A stretch of DNA of 64,000 nt from Lachnospiraceae bacterium (GCA_011959105.1 BLLU01000197.1:6350-70349); one strand, 5' to 3'; positions 34,679-44,598 are shown, counted from the stretch's first letter. Numbers and translations are program-made. Notes: generated by a model not told the origin, from the sequence alone.

Positions 34679-34995
34679 ATGGTTCGCTGTTCACCTCCCG
34701 TTCCTATTGCTTCGAAGCAGTTTCAGTATAACACAGTCCTGAATTTGCTGCGCAACGATTTTGAGGAATTTGCTTTTTGAATGATAAAATCCTTAACTTG
34801 TGGAATTTGATACAGAATACTAATGATATGTATTTTGGTTACCGTCGTCAGTATGAGGGACAGGCAATGTTTGGATTGCAGCGAATTGTCTAAAAACGAA
34901 GCAAATCTAAATTCCTGTTTTTGGATTTGCTGTATAAATCATTTGCAGATACACATAATATATGCAGAGCCAAAAACAATCATTCAGGAGGAGTT

Positions 34996-35604
34996 ATGAT
35001 GAAAGTGCGAGTTAATGGTAAGAAACTTATCTTAATCGGTCTGCTGGCGGCCTTTATGTGTACGGCGGCAGCATGTACCAGAAACAAGGATAACAATAAC
35101 GATCCCAGCGACATGGCCGGGAACCAGACCACCGGCGAGAGCAATACAGGTTCCACAGCCAACAATGGCAATTCCGGAGCCGTGGCCGGTAACAACGGCA
35201 ATACTTCCGGGTCTATAGCCGACGATAACAACAGCAATTCCACCACGGATTCCGCCATGGGCGGCAGCGATGACATCAACGCCGGCAGCAACGGCAGTGC
35301 CGCAGACGGTTCTACGGATGGCTCTACGGACGGCTCTACCGTAGGCGATGGCGGCAGCGGAGTGGGCGGCGCCATAGATGACGCGGCAGACGATGCGGGC
35401 AATACCGTAGGCGGCATCGTCGACGATGTGGCAGACGGGGTAAATGACCTCATCGACGACATGACCGGAGACAACACCGGGGATACGTCCGACTCTGCTC
35501 TGGGCAACGGAAATGCTAACGGCAACGGTTCAGCCGGAAACAATGCCGGCACCGTCACGGGCACTACCGGAAGCGGAACCGGCACCGGCACCGGCGCACA
35601 CTGA
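34996..35604 (+). CDS. Low-complexity (G/N/D/S/T-rich) lipoprotein
   Basis: SD AGGAGG, then ATG 34996. Signal peptide and lipobox (LIGLLAAFMCTAAAC). The remainder is compositionally biased. Confidence 0.6.
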   Translation: MMKVRVNGKKLILIGLLAAFMCTAAACTRNKDNNNDPSDMAGNQTTGESNTGSTANNGNSGAVAGNNGNTSGSIADDNNSNSTTDSAMGGSDDINAGSNGSAADGSTDGSTDGSTVGDGGSGVGGAIDDAADDAGNTVGGIVDDVADGVNDLIDDMTGDNTGDTSDSALGNGNANGNGSAGNNAGTVTGTTGSGTGTGTGAH

Positions 35605-35616
35605 TCTTCAAACATC

Positions 35617-35652
35617 AAAAGGCCACAGGTATATTTCTCCTGTGGCCTTTTT
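35617..35652. terminator. Bidirectional intrinsic terminator
   Basis: AAAAGGCCACAGG...CCTGTGGCCTTTTT. Confidence 0.6.
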
Positions 35653-35657
35653 GGAAA

Positions 35658-36422
35658 TCAGATCTGTCCGTCGATCACATGGCTCATATCGTACAGGCCC
35701 GCAGGCTTCCCTGCCAGGAATTTGCCTGCCTGCACCGCGCCCTTGGCAAACACTGCCTTGGAATAAGCACTGTGGGAAAAGGTAATTACCTCGTCCTCCC
35801 CGGCAAAAATCACATCATGCTCTCCCACAATGGTCCCGCCCCGGACGGCACTGATACCTATTTCCTTTTTATTCCGCTTTTCCCTTCTCCCGCTTCTGTC
35901 GTAAATATATTCGCCGGTATTGCCCAACTCCTCATTGATGGAATCCGCCAGGGCCAGCGCCGTTCCGCTGGGAGCGTCCACCTTCTGGTTGTGATGTTTC
36001 TCTACGATCTCCACATCAAATCCCGCTGGAACCAGCACCCCGGCCGCCTCTTTCAGCAGCTTCAGAAGCAGATTGATGCCCAGGGACATATTGGCAGACT
36101 TGAGTACCGCCACTTCCCGGGAGACCTCCTCCACCCTGGCAAGCTGCTGAGGGCTGAGGCCTGTGGTACACAATACGCAGGGGAGCCTGCGGGCCGCGCA
36201 GTAGTCCAGCAGCCGGTCCACCGCCGGGGCCGCAGAAAAGTCGATCAGCGCATCCGCCTCCACATCACAGGCGCTTATGTCCGTGAATACCGGATAGGGA
36301 TTATGTCCGTCGTCCCGCATATCAATGCCTGCCACCAGTTCCGCCTCCGGGTCCTGTGCCACGATGTTGCTGATCACCTGGCCCATCTTGCCGTTACATC
36401 CATGCATAATTAATCGAATCAT
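35658..36422 (-). CDS. dapB: 4-hydroxy-tetrahydrodipicolinate reductase
   Basis: MIRLIMHGCNGKMGQVI...; EIVEKHHNQKVDAPSGTA motif. Confidence 0.9.
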   Translation of the reverse strand: MIRLIMHGCNGKMGQVISNIVAQDPEAELVAGIDMRDDGHNPYPVFTDISACDVEADALIDFSAAPAVDRLLDYCAARRLPCVLCTTGLSPQQLARVEEVSREVAVLKSANMSLGINLLLKLLKEAAGVLVPAGFDVEIVEKHHNQKVDAPSGTALALADSINEELGNTGEYIYDRSGRREKRNKKEIGISAVRGGTIVGEHDVIFAGEDEVITFSHSAYSKAVFAKGAVQAGKFLAGKPAGLYDMSHVIDGQI

Positions 36423-36507
36423 TTTCGTTTCCTTTTCCCCATTCCCGCATACCGCAGGCAAGCCTGCGATGCCGCGTCAATCTAAATTTCCCGTTCCCCG
36501 GATCCTG

Positions 36508-37395
36508 TCAGTCCAGGATGCCGTATGCCCGCATGGCTTTCTCCAGCCTGGCCGCGTTTTCCTCCTCCATATCCGTCAGGGGAAGCCGCAGGGAACCTGC
36601 GCCCAGGCCCATCAGATTGAGCGCCTTCTTGACCGGAATGGGATTCACCTCACAGAACAACGCGCTGCACAGTTCCATGGCCTCCAACTGCATCCGACAG
36701 CTTCCCTCCACATCCCCGGCAAAAAACTTCGCACAGATCTCGTGGGTCTGGCGGGGGGCTACATTGGATAATACAGAAATCACACCCTTGCCGCCCAGAG
36801 ACAAAACGGGAACAATATGGTCGTCATTGCCGGAATATATGTCCACACTGCCCCCGGCAAGAGCGGCAAGCTGACCGATCTGCGAAATATTGCCGCTGGC
36901 TTCCTTCACCCCCACGATATTCTCACAGTCCCGGCACAGGCGCACAATGGTCTGGGGCAGAATGTTGCCGCCCGTGCGGCTGGGCACATTGTACAGCAGG
37001 ATGGGAGTTTTCACAGAGTCCGCCACCTTCTTGAAATGGGTGTACAGGCCGTTCTGGGTGGCTTTGTTGTAGTAAGGGGATACCAACAGAAGGCCATCCA
37101 CGCCGTACTTTTCCGCCTCCTGGGACAGATAGACGGCGGTATCCGTGCAGTTGGAACCGGTACCTGCGATCACGGGAATCCTGCCCTTTACCACCTCCAC
37201 ACAGTGCCGGATCACATCCAGATGTTCCTCATGGCTCATGGTGGATGCCTCTCCCGTAGTCCCGCAGACGATGATGGCATCCGTGCCCTCTCTGATCTGG
37301 AACTCCACCAGTTCCGTAAATTTCTCGTAATTCACGCTTCCGTCCCCATGCATGGGGGTCACAATCGCCACTCCCGCTCCAGTGAATATTGCCAT
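36508..37395 (-). CDS. dapA: 4-hydroxy-tetrahydrodipicolinate synthase
   Basis: GAGVAIVTPM...VCGTTGEASTMSHEEH...; the catalytic Lys context is GVKEASGN. Confidence 0.9.
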   Translation of the reverse strand: MAIFTGAGVAIVTPMHGDGSVNYEKFTELVEFQIREGTDAIIVCGTTGEASTMSHEEHLDVIRHCVEVVKGRIPVIAGTGSNCTDTAVYLSQEAEKYGVDGLLLVSPYYNKATQNGLYTHFKKVADSVKTPILLYNVPSRTGGNILPQTIVRLCRDCENIVGVKEASGNISQIGQLAALAGGSVDIYSGNDDHIVPVLSLGGKGVISVLSNVAPRQTHEICAKFFAGDVEGSCRMQLEAMELCSALFCEVNPIPVKKALNLMGLGAGSLRLPLTDMEEENAARLEKAMRAYGILD

Positions 37396-37455
37396 ACTCT
37401 TTCCTCCATTCCGCTGCCTCAGCAGCACCACGCCTGCCCGCCGGCTTATTTCCGC

Positions 37456-37685
37456 AAAAAAAAGCCGACACCCATGCGCCGACGAACCATATCACGAAAT
37501 GCTTCCTGATATTATACGATAGCGCCCCATCCAGATACTCAGATGACAGTCATGCAGTTATTCACTGCACACCCAAGGCTCCAGCCCGCAGCAGGCCGGT
37601 CCTTTCGGCGTATGTCCCTTTCCTTCCCCTTCCCCTGTGCCTGCCACATCCGGGGGAGTACTCTTAAAATACGCAACCTCTATCT
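37456..37685 (-). promoter_or_regulatory. Lysine riboswitch (L-box) with terminator, upstream of dapA-dapB
   Basis: Minus strand: AGAGGUUGCG...AGUACUCCCCC...GCCGAAAGG...GCUGGAGCC..GGGU...ACUGUCAUCUGAG...GGAUGGGGCGCUAUC. It ends in hairpin GUCGGCGC-AUGG-GUGUCGGC followed by U8 (plus 37456-37483). Confidence 0.75.
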
Positions 37686-37695
37686 TATTTTCAAT

Positions 37696-37724
37696 ATCAT
37701 AGCATTGCCCTATGTTTTTGTCAA
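37696..37724 (-). promoter_or_regulatory. Promoter of the L-box/dapAB transcript
   Basis: Minus strand TTGACA (37724-37719), 17-nt spacer, TATGAT (37701-37696). Confidence 0.6.
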
Positions 37725-37884
37725 TGAAAATTGGCTTATTTTTGTCAAAATGGAAGAGGCGGCAGCGGATTTGCCCCTGCCATCACCCGTATATATGTAG
37801 ATGCCTCCTCAGTCCATGTTCTTCCCCCTGCAGCCCGCAGACCGGTCTGCGGCATTGTCCAATAAGAGCTGAAAATAAGCCGTC

Positions 37885-38538
37885 CTACAGAGGCTGTTGC
37901 TGTTCCTCCTCCGTCTCCACAAGTTCCATCTTGCTCACGGACACCTCAAAGGCAACCCTCTTTTCCGCATGCTCCTCGTCCAGCTTCTTCATGTACTCCC
38001 GGCTCTGAATCCGGCCCCAGATGGCACAGCGCTCCCCCACATGAAAACTGCTGGCATAGCGGGCATTCCTTCCCCAGCAGATACAGGGAATGTAGTCCGA
38101 CTTACCGTAAGGGCGGTTTACCGCCAGCAGCACATCGGCAATCTCCCTTCCCAGCGGCGTCTTGCGGTAAATGGGTTCCTTACAAATATAGCCATCCAGA
38201 TAGATCTGATTGGTCTTGGAACTCTCCTCGATCTCCTCCACAAAATCGATCTCCCTGGCGAAAACAGACAATACCAGACGGTTCTTGCGCTCCTCATGAC
38301 GGTTGTAGGAGCGGAACTGGCCGTTCACGCAGATATTTTTCCCCTTATAATCCGCGTTCACGTCAATCAGTCTCTCCGAGACCATCAACGGAATAACGTC
38401 AAAACTCTCGCTGAGCCTCTGTACCTTCACGTCCACCATGTAGAATCCTTCCCCAAAGATCTCATGGCTGTAGGCAAAATCACTGATGATTTCCCCCATC
38501 ACGGTGACCTGGTTGTTTTCGATTACCTTATCTGTCAT
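37885..38538 (-). CDS. SSB-like protein with two OB-fold halves
   Basis: Two similar halves (VTVMGEIISDF...NGQFRSYN and IYLDGYICKEP...IWGRIQSREY), with an acidic C-terminus (ETEEEQQQPL). Confidence 0.6.
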   Translation of the reverse strand: MTDKVIENNQVTVMGEIISDFAYSHEIFGEGFYMVDVKVQRLSESFDVIPLMVSERLIDVNADYKGKNICVNGQFRSYNRHEERKNRLVLSVFAREIDFVEEIEESSKTNQIYLDGYICKEPIYRKTPLGREIADVLLAVNRPYGKSDYIPCICWGRNARYASSFHVGERCAIWGRIQSREYMKKLDEEHAEKRVAFEVSVSKMELVETEEEQQQPL

Positions 38539-38679
38539 TTTGTGTTCTCCCTTCTTACACATTAAGAAATTTTTCCGGCACAGTTACGCCTATAATGTAA
38601 TATATTTATACCGCATTTTTCCACATTTGAGAAGTACTTTTCAACAAAAAATTTCGACTAAAATTTCAATATTCTTTTA

Positions 38680-38708
38680 TTGCGCCTCTATTAAATTAGT
38701 GATATACT
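38680..38708 (+). promoter_or_regulatory. Putative typA promoter
   Basis: TTGCGC, 17-nt spacer, TATACT. Confidence 0.4.
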
Positions 38709-38784
38709 GTAACGGTTTGAGGAATATTAAAGATAAAACAGGCGCCGGAAAAGGACTGCAAAACCGGCATCGGAGAGGAAATTT

Positions 38785-40617
38785 ATGAAGCAAAAAAGAG
38801 AAGATATACGGAATGTGGCCATCATCGCCCACGTGGATCACGGCAAGACCACTTTGGTGGACGAACTGCTGAAACAAAGCGGCGTTTTCCGGGCCAATCA
38901 GGAAGTGGCCGAGAGGGTTATGGACTCCAACGACATCGAGCGGGAAAGGGGCATCACCATTCTGTCCAAGAATACCGCCGTCACCTATAAAGACACCAAA
39001 ATCAACATCATCGACACACCGGGCCATGCGGACTTCGGCGGCGAGGTGGAGCGGGTGCTGAAGATGGTGAACGGGGTTATTCTGGTGGTGGATGCCTTCG
39101 AGGGAGCCATGCCCCAGACCAAGTTCGTGCTGCGCAAAGCCCTGGAGTTAAAGCTGCCCGTCATTGTCTGCATCAACAAGATTGACCGTCCCGAGGCGCG
39201 GCCAAACGAGGTGATCGACGAGGTATTGGAGTTGTTTCTGGAGCTGGACGCCGATGACGCCCAACTGGACTGCCCCTTCGTGTTTGCCTCCGCCAAGTCC
39301 GGCATCGCCTCCCTGGAGGCAGACCAGCCGGGCACGGATATGACGCCCCTGTTTGAAACCATACTGGACTATATCCCCGCTCCGGAGGGAGATCCCGAAG
39401 CCGGGACCCAGGCGCTGATCAGCACCATCGACTACAACGAATATGTGGGGCGCATCGGCGTAGGCAAGGTGGACAACGGTGTCATCCGGGTAAATCAGGA
39501 GGTGGTGATCGTCAATCACCATGAACCGGACAAGCAGAGCAAGGTAAAGGTCAGCAAACTCTATGAGTTTGACGGACTGAACAAGGTGGAGGTAAAGGAA
39601 GCCGGCATCGGCTCCATCGTGGCCATTTCCGGCATCGCCGACATCCACATCGGGGACACCCTCTGCTCTCCCGATGCCATAGCGCCCATCCCTTTTCAGA
39701 AGATCAGCGAACCCACCATCGCCATGCATTTCATGGTCAACGACTCCCCGCTGGCAGGCCTGGAGGGCAAGTTTGTCACCAGCCGCCATATCCGGGACAG
39801 GCTGTTTCGGGAGTTGAACACGGATGTTTCCCTGCGGGTGGAGGAAACGGAATCCACGGATGCGTTCAAGGTATCCGGCCGGGGCGAACTGCATCTGTCC
39901 GTACTCATCGAGAACATGCGCCGGGAAGGATTTGAATTCGCCGTGAGCAAGGCGGAAGTGCTGTTTCGGACGGATGAGGCCGGACACAGGCTGGAGCCCA
40001 TGGAACTGGCTTACATTGATGTGCCCAACGAGTATGCCGGAGCCGTCATCGAGAAACTGGGCCAGCGAAAGGGCGAACTGCGGAACATGGGCTCCATCAC
40101 CGGCGGTACTTACACCCGGCTGGAGTTCTCCATCCCCTCCAGAGGCCTCATCGGCTACCGGGGTGAATTCATGACCGACACCAAGGGCAATGGCATCCTT
40201 AACACCGTGTTTGACGGCTACGGCCCCTATAAAGGGGATATCGCCTACAGAAAACAGGGTTCCCTGATCGCTTTCGAGGCTGGAGAATCCATCACCTACG
40301 GGCTGTACAACGCCCAGGAGAGAGGCATCCTGTTTATCGGCCCCGGCGAGAAGGTATACAGCGGCATGGTGGTGGGCCAGACCGGCAAGAGCGAGGATAT
40401 CGAGATCAATGTGTGCAAGAAAAAGCAGCTTACCAACACCCGCTCTTCCAGCGCGGACGAGGCCCTGCGGCTCACGCCTCCCAAGGTCATGAGCCTGGAG
40501 CAGGCCCTGGACTTCATCGACACCGACGAACTGCTGGAGATCACCCCTTCCACTCTGCGGATCCGCAAGAAAATCCTGGATCCCACCCTGCGTAAAAGGG
40601 CCAACAATAAGAAATAA
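38785..40617 (+). CDS. typA: Translational GTPase TypA/BipA
   Basis: IRNVAIIAHVDHGKTTLVD, DTPGHADFGGEVER and NKIDR, in a 610-aa protein. Confidence 0.9.
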   Translation: MKQKREDIRNVAIIAHVDHGKTTLVDELLKQSGVFRANQEVAERVMDSNDIERERGITILSKNTAVTYKDTKINIIDTPGHADFGGEVERVLKMVNGVILVVDAFEGAMPQTKFVLRKALELKLPVIVCINKIDRPEARPNEVIDEVLELFLELDADDAQLDCPFVFASAKSGIASLEADQPGTDMTPLFETILDYIPAPEGDPEAGTQALISTIDYNEYVGRIGVGKVDNGVIRVNQEVVIVNHHEPDKQSKVKVSKLYEFDGLNKVEVKEAGIGSIVAISGIADIHIGDTLCSPDAIAPIPFQKISEPTIAMHFMVNDSPLAGLEGKFVTSRHIRDRLFRELNTDVSLRVEETESTDAFKVSGRGELHLSVLIENMRREGFEFAVSKAEVLFRTDEAGHRLEPMELAYIDVPNEYAGAVIEKLGQRKGELRNMGSITGGTYTRLEFSIPSRGLIGYRGEFMTDTKGNGILNTVFDGYGPYKGDIAYRKQGSLIAFEAGESITYGLYNAQERGILFIGPGEKVYSGMVVGQTGKSEDIEINVCKKKQLTNTRSSSADEALRLTPPKVMSLEQALDFIDTDELLEITPSTLRIRKKILDPTLRKRANNKK

Positions 40618-40627
40618 GCATATAAAA

Positions 40628-40658
40628 GGAGCCGCTGTGAATCACGCCGGCTCCTTTT
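40628..40658 (+). terminator. Intrinsic terminator after typA
   Basis: GGAGCCG...CGGCTCC followed by TTTT. Confidence 0.55.
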
Positions 40659-40678
40659 CGCATACAAATGTATCCCCT

Positions 40679-42223
40679 TTAATCTTCATATTTAAAGTAA
40701 TCAAAATCCGCGCTCTTGCGGCAGCCACAGCCGCCGTTGTTGGCATAGATACCCACCAGAGTGCCGGTGTGGCGCTTGGGATCATCGGGGACGCCTTCAT
40801 CGCAGAGATAGATGCAGTTTTCCAATACCCCCACGCTCTGCCAGTCCTGTCCGTCATAGCTGTAGTAAAAACTGCGGGTCAGCTTTTCCACCACCACTTT
40901 CAGATAGACCGGGGCCTCTTTCACCTCCGGAATCTCTGCCATCAGTTCTTCGCCGTGATTCCGATTGATCACCAGTTGGATCTTACGCCCTCCTTCATAG
41001 CACAGAGCGCAGCGAACATAGGTGGCCGTACTGTAATAGCAGGTCAGGCCCGCCTGTTCCCCGTCATGATCCGGGTAATATTCCAGCCGGGTCTCCGCTC
41101 TGTAGGACAGTTCCTGTTCCCGGCGAAGCAGAGTGTTCTTGGAACGGATCTCATTAAGCTGTCCGTCTCTGGTCCAGATACGGAAATATCCCGGCCGCTC
41201 CGTCAGAGACCAGGAGCCATTGTCCGGGTTTCGTACAAACTCCCACTCCAGATTCAGCCTGGCTTCATTGAAATCGTCAAACAGATTTCTCTCAAATACA
41301 CACTCCGGCAGATCCGGGGCCGTCTGCTCCAGGCTGGGGCCCCTGCCCCCGTTGATGGTCAGCCAGCCGTCTTCGGTCCACTGCACCGGATCCAGCGCAG
41401 ACTCCCTTCCCACTGTGGTATAATGTCCCTGATTGGGCCTGCCGCAGAGATAGTAACACCACCATTGTCCGTTCTGATCCTGCACCAGCTTGCCATGGCC
41501 GCAGCGCTGGATGGGGGCCTGGGGATCCGTCTGCCGCATCACCGGGTTGTGGGGAGAATTCTCATAGGGGCCGTACATATTTTTGCTGCGGGCCATATTG
41601 ATGCCGTGCCCATAGCCTGTGCCCCCCTCCGCCACCATGGCGTAATAATAGCCGTCCTTTTTCAGCAGATGAGGCCCTTCGGAGCAGCGCTCCCCCGTGC
41701 CGTCCCAGGCCGTCCTCATCTCCCCGGCCACCTGCAGACTGTCCCCGCTCAGGGGCACGGCCTGCGCCGCCTTGGCAATGATCATGTACCGGCTGCCGTC
41801 CTCCTCCACAAAATGGGAGGGGTCAATATTGTCCACTTCCAGGCAGACGGGCTTGCTGTAGGGCCCTTCTGGCCGGTCGGACACCATCACCAGCTGCCTG
41901 CGCATCACATTGTTGTCCCGCTTGCCATCCGCATTGAGCCGCAGCGTGGCAAAGATATAGAACCTGCCCTCCACATAGGAGATATCCGGCGCCCAGATCC
42001 CGTGGGAATCCCTGATATCGCTGATGTCCAGCCACTCCGGGTTGCTGATGGCATGGCCCACGATATGCCAGTGCACCATATCCCTGGAATGGGATATGGG
42101 AATGGCCGGGAAATACTGAAAACTGGAGTTTACCATATAGTAGTCATCCCCTACCCGGATCACGGACGGATCCGGGAAAAAGCCCCTCTGCACCGGGTTG
42201 TGATACACTCTTTGTTCGCTCAT
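40679..42223 (-). CDS. Glycoside hydrolase family 43 (beta-xylosidase / alpha-L-arabinofuranosidase type)
   Basis: YHNPVQRGFFPDPSVIRVGDDYYMVNSSF, IWAPDISY and GPHLLKKDGYYY, plus a C-terminal beta-sandwich. The start is ATG 42223 behind AGGAGGAG. Confidence 0.85.
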   Translation of the reverse strand: MSEQRVYHNPVQRGFFPDPSVIRVGDDYYMVNSSFQYFPAIPISHSRDMVHWHIVGHAISNPEWLDISDIRDSHGIWAPDISYVEGRFYIFATLRLNADGKRDNNVMRRQLVMVSDRPEGPYSKPVCLEVDNIDPSHFVEEDGSRYMIIAKAAQAVPLSGDSLQVAGEMRTAWDGTGERCSEGPHLLKKDGYYYAMVAEGGTGYGHGINMARSKNMYGPYENSPHNPVMRQTDPQAPIQRCGHGKLVQDQNGQWWCYYLCGRPNQGHYTTVGRESALDPVQWTEDGWLTINGGRGPSLEQTAPDLPECVFERNLFDDFNEARLNLEWEFVRNPDNGSWSLTERPGYFRIWTRDGQLNEIRSKNTLLRREQELSYRAETRLEYYPDHDGEQAGLTCYYSTATYVRCALCYEGGRKIQLVINRNHGEELMAEIPEVKEAPVYLKVVVEKLTRSFYYSYDGQDWQSVGVLENCIYLCDEGVPDDPKRHTGTLVGIYANNGGCGCRKSADFDYFKYED

Positions 42224-42237
42224 CGCTCTCCTCCTGT

Positions 42238-42292
42238 TATAGTTCCGCAACATGCTGTTTTAGTTCCGCATTTTCCCCTGTTTCCCCTGTTT
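42238..42292 (-). repeat. TAGTTCCGCAT-family repeat, copy C (two minimal cores) plus a 9-nt tandem duplication
   Basis: tatagttccgcaacatgctgttttagttccgcattttcccctgtttcccctgttt. Confidence 0.75.
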
Positions 42293-42464
42293 ACGCTAAG
42301 ATGCTGTACTGCATCCATTCATAGAGAAGTTCCGTCCCCTCCGTGATCTCCGGCGGCAGCAGCGCCCGGGCCACCAGTTTGAGGTCATCGGATTCCTGGT
42401 CAATGCGTTTCAGCCGGGCATAGTCCCCATCTATGCTCACCACCCGATACCGAAATGAATTCAT
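42291..42464 (-). CDS. Small DUF3006-like protein (57 aa)
   Basis: MNSFRYRVVSIDGDYARLKRIDQESDDLKLVARALLPPEITEGTELLYEW, behind GGAGGGAGG. There is a 4-nt overlap with the GH9 stop. Confidence 0.5.
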   Translation of the reverse strand: MNSFRYRVVSIDGDYARLKRIDQESDDLKLVARALLPPEITEGTELLYEWMQYSILA

Positions 42465-44122
42465 GATTCCCTTCCTCCCTCCGGCTTCCTGCTGCGCAGG
42501 AATGCTGTGACGAACACCGCCGAAGAATTCCAGTAGATGGTCATCTCGTTCAGGGAATAGCACTCCTCCCTGTCCAGATAGCATTTCATGGGGGGCGTGC
42601 CTGCCGGGATCATCCGTATGGCCAGTTCATCTCCGGGCCTTCCGTTGGGGCCGCCGGATACCCATCCCGCCATGGGAGCGTCTATGCCGTCCGCCGCCGT
42701 GGTGCGCAGATGGGGATACCGATAAGCATGTTCCCCAAATCCTGTGACAAAACTGTATCCCGTGATGTTTTTGCCCAGCAGATAATCGGTCTGGGCCTGG
42801 ATTACCTCCCGATAACGAGCCCTGGAGGAAGCCGCCTGCTCTCCCGGTATTTCGCAGGCCAGAGCCAGCAGAATCCCTCTGTTGGTCACTACCATATTGC
42901 TGCCCCAGCAGAAATCTTTCGCCTCCATGGCCATGCCGAACGCATTCCGGGTACTCAGACATACCAGCCGATCTGCCTCTGCCAATACGGCCTCCCGGAA
43001 GACTCCCAGGATTTCTTCTCCTGCGGTTTTTTCGGAATCTGTCAATACCGCCAGAGCAGCAAAGCCGGCCACATCCGTCCAGCCGAAATCCGTCACTCCA
43101 AGGCCGGTGTCCAGAATCTTGCGCAGCTCGTCTCTGTATGTCCCCACATTTTCCCCTTTGCGGGCCGCCAACAGCATCATCTCCGCCGCCGCCCACAGAC
43201 GTTCGTCCGCGTCCGCCCTGTCTCCGTATTCCCCGGTGTTGCTGCCCTCCGGGTTGGTAAATAAAAGCGGCTCCGGATTCTTTTCAAGCCACTGCCAGGA
43301 CAGCCTCGCCGCTCCTTCCATGCGGTCCGCAAAAGCCTGGTCCACGCTGTGATACACCCCCGAAGCCAGCGCCATGCAGGCACAGAAATCCGCCACAGCC
43401 AGGGAAGAGACCGAATAGGCGTAGAAGGGATCCTTATCTTCCTCCGGCATGACAAAAGGCGCATGGCTCCACGCCGTCAGTTTATGATACACGCCGCCGT
43501 CTTCCCGCTGCATTTTCAGCATCCATTCCAACTCATACCGACATTCGTTTAACACATCCGCCGCACCATTGCCGCTCTCGGGAATGTTCAGTTTTTCTTC
43601 AAAGGCTCTGGGATACATTTTGTAAGCATACAGCAGATGGCCTACGGTCACCGCCCCAGGAGTGATATAACGTCCATAATCTCCGGCATCGTGCCAGCCG
43701 CCCCGGGCTTCCAGAGTCTGCCCCTCCTCCCCGTAGATCCGGCTGTCCGCCATATGGCAGGCCGCATGAATGTAGGGACCTGCGTATTTTTCCTCCAACG
43801 CACAGCCGCAGCGCTGAAAGTAAAGGGCTTTGACCATGGCATTATGTACTCCGGCATACACATCCTTTCCGATTTCAAAAGTGTCGCTGTGCTCTCCCTG
43901 TCCGTCCTCCAGATAATATTTTCCGGCCGCCCGCACACTGCCGAAGTCCAGTGGATATAATGTCTCCCCGCACAGAGGGTCCTGGACCGCAGTCCCCGTC
44001 TCTCCCTGCCAGGCCTCCTCTCCGGCCGCATTTTTCAGTACATAACTGCCCGGCCGGGACACTACCGCTTTTTTGCCGAGGGCATCCGCTTCATACCCCA
44101 CCTGATTAACCATGATCGCCAT
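42461..44122 (-). CDS. Glycoside hydrolase family 9 endoglucanase with an N-terminal Ig-like (CelD_N) domain
   Basis: GGWHDAGDYGRY, plus an N-terminal VNQVGY segment. No signal peptide is seen. Confidence 0.85.
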   Translation of the reverse strand: MAIMVNQVGYEADALGKKAVVSRPGSYVLKNAAGEEAWQGETGTAVQDPLCGETLYPLDFGSVRAAGKYYLEDGQGEHSDTFEIGKDVYAGVHNAMVKALYFQRCGCALEEKYAGPYIHAACHMADSRIYGEEGQTLEARGGWHDAGDYGRYITPGAVTVGHLLYAYKMYPRAFEEKLNIPESGNGAADVLNECRYELEWMLKMQREDGGVYHKLTAWSHAPFVMPEEDKDPFYAYSVSSLAVADFCACMALASGVYHSVDQAFADRMEGAARLSWQWLEKNPEPLLFTNPEGSNTGEYGDRADADERLWAAAEMMLLAARKGENVGTYRDELRKILDTGLGVTDFGWTDVAGFAALAVLTDSEKTAGEEILGVFREAVLAEADRLVCLSTRNAFGMAMEAKDFCWGSNMVVTNRGILLALACEIPGEQAASSRARYREVIQAQTDYLLGKNITGYSFVTGFGEHAYRYPHLRTTAADGIDAPMAGWVSGGPNGRPGDELAIRMIPAGTPPMKCYLDREECYSLNEMTIYWNSSAVFVTAFLRSRKPEGGRES

Positions 44123-44174
44123 ACCCATATCCTCCTGTCGCAATTTCGCCGGTTCTCTGCCGGCGCCGCTCTTG

Positions 44175-44598
44175 CTATAAAGTCAGTATAGCAAAAAAAA
44201 GGTCGCTTGAGAAGCCCTCAGTCTCGAAACCTTGCGCCCCGGAAATATCTATCTCCCCCTTCTCCAGCAGACTTTTAACCTGACTTCGAGATAATCCTAA
44301 CACCATGGCAATCTGTTTTTCCCAGCGGATACTCAGTTGATATGGGTTCTTTATGGTGATTTCGATCCGATCTCCAAAACTGCTGTTTTCTATGGTTTCG
44401 TGCTTCTTTATTTTTCCCATACATTTCCGCATGCTGCTCATTATTGTCTAAAAAGCATGTCATCCGTAAAAGTTTCTTCACGGTGACTTTCCAATTCGCC
44501 CTTATCCGGCATATTCCACAAACGCTCAGATATCTTTCTGCTATAGTCCATAAATCGATCTCCTTTTCTGGTTGTTTCTTTGTGGTATAGCGTAACAT
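44175..44598 (-). pseudogene. Possible frameshifted small gene (DUF1062-like, recalled from memory), split over overlapping frames
   Basis: One frame reads ...IDLWTIAERYLSVCGICRIRANWKVTVKKLLRMTCFLDNNEQHAEMYGKN. From an A-run (gggaaaaataaag, ~44410-44422) onward, another frame reads KKHETIENSSFGDRIEITIKNPYQLSIRWEKQIAMVLGLSRSQVKSLLEKGEIDISG. Alternatively these are two coupled mini-ORFs: a 36-aa ORF from ATG 44551 whose TAA overlaps (TAATG) the ATG of 44175..44441. Confidence 0.35.

Noticed and set aside
34980-35618. 212-aa minus-strand ORF
   Set aside because: It mirrors the low-complexity lipoprotein gene. The plus-strand reading has an SD, a signal peptide and a lipobox; the minus-strand reading has none of these.
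40637-42346. 569-aa plus-strand ORF
   Set aside because: It is antisense to the GH43 gene.
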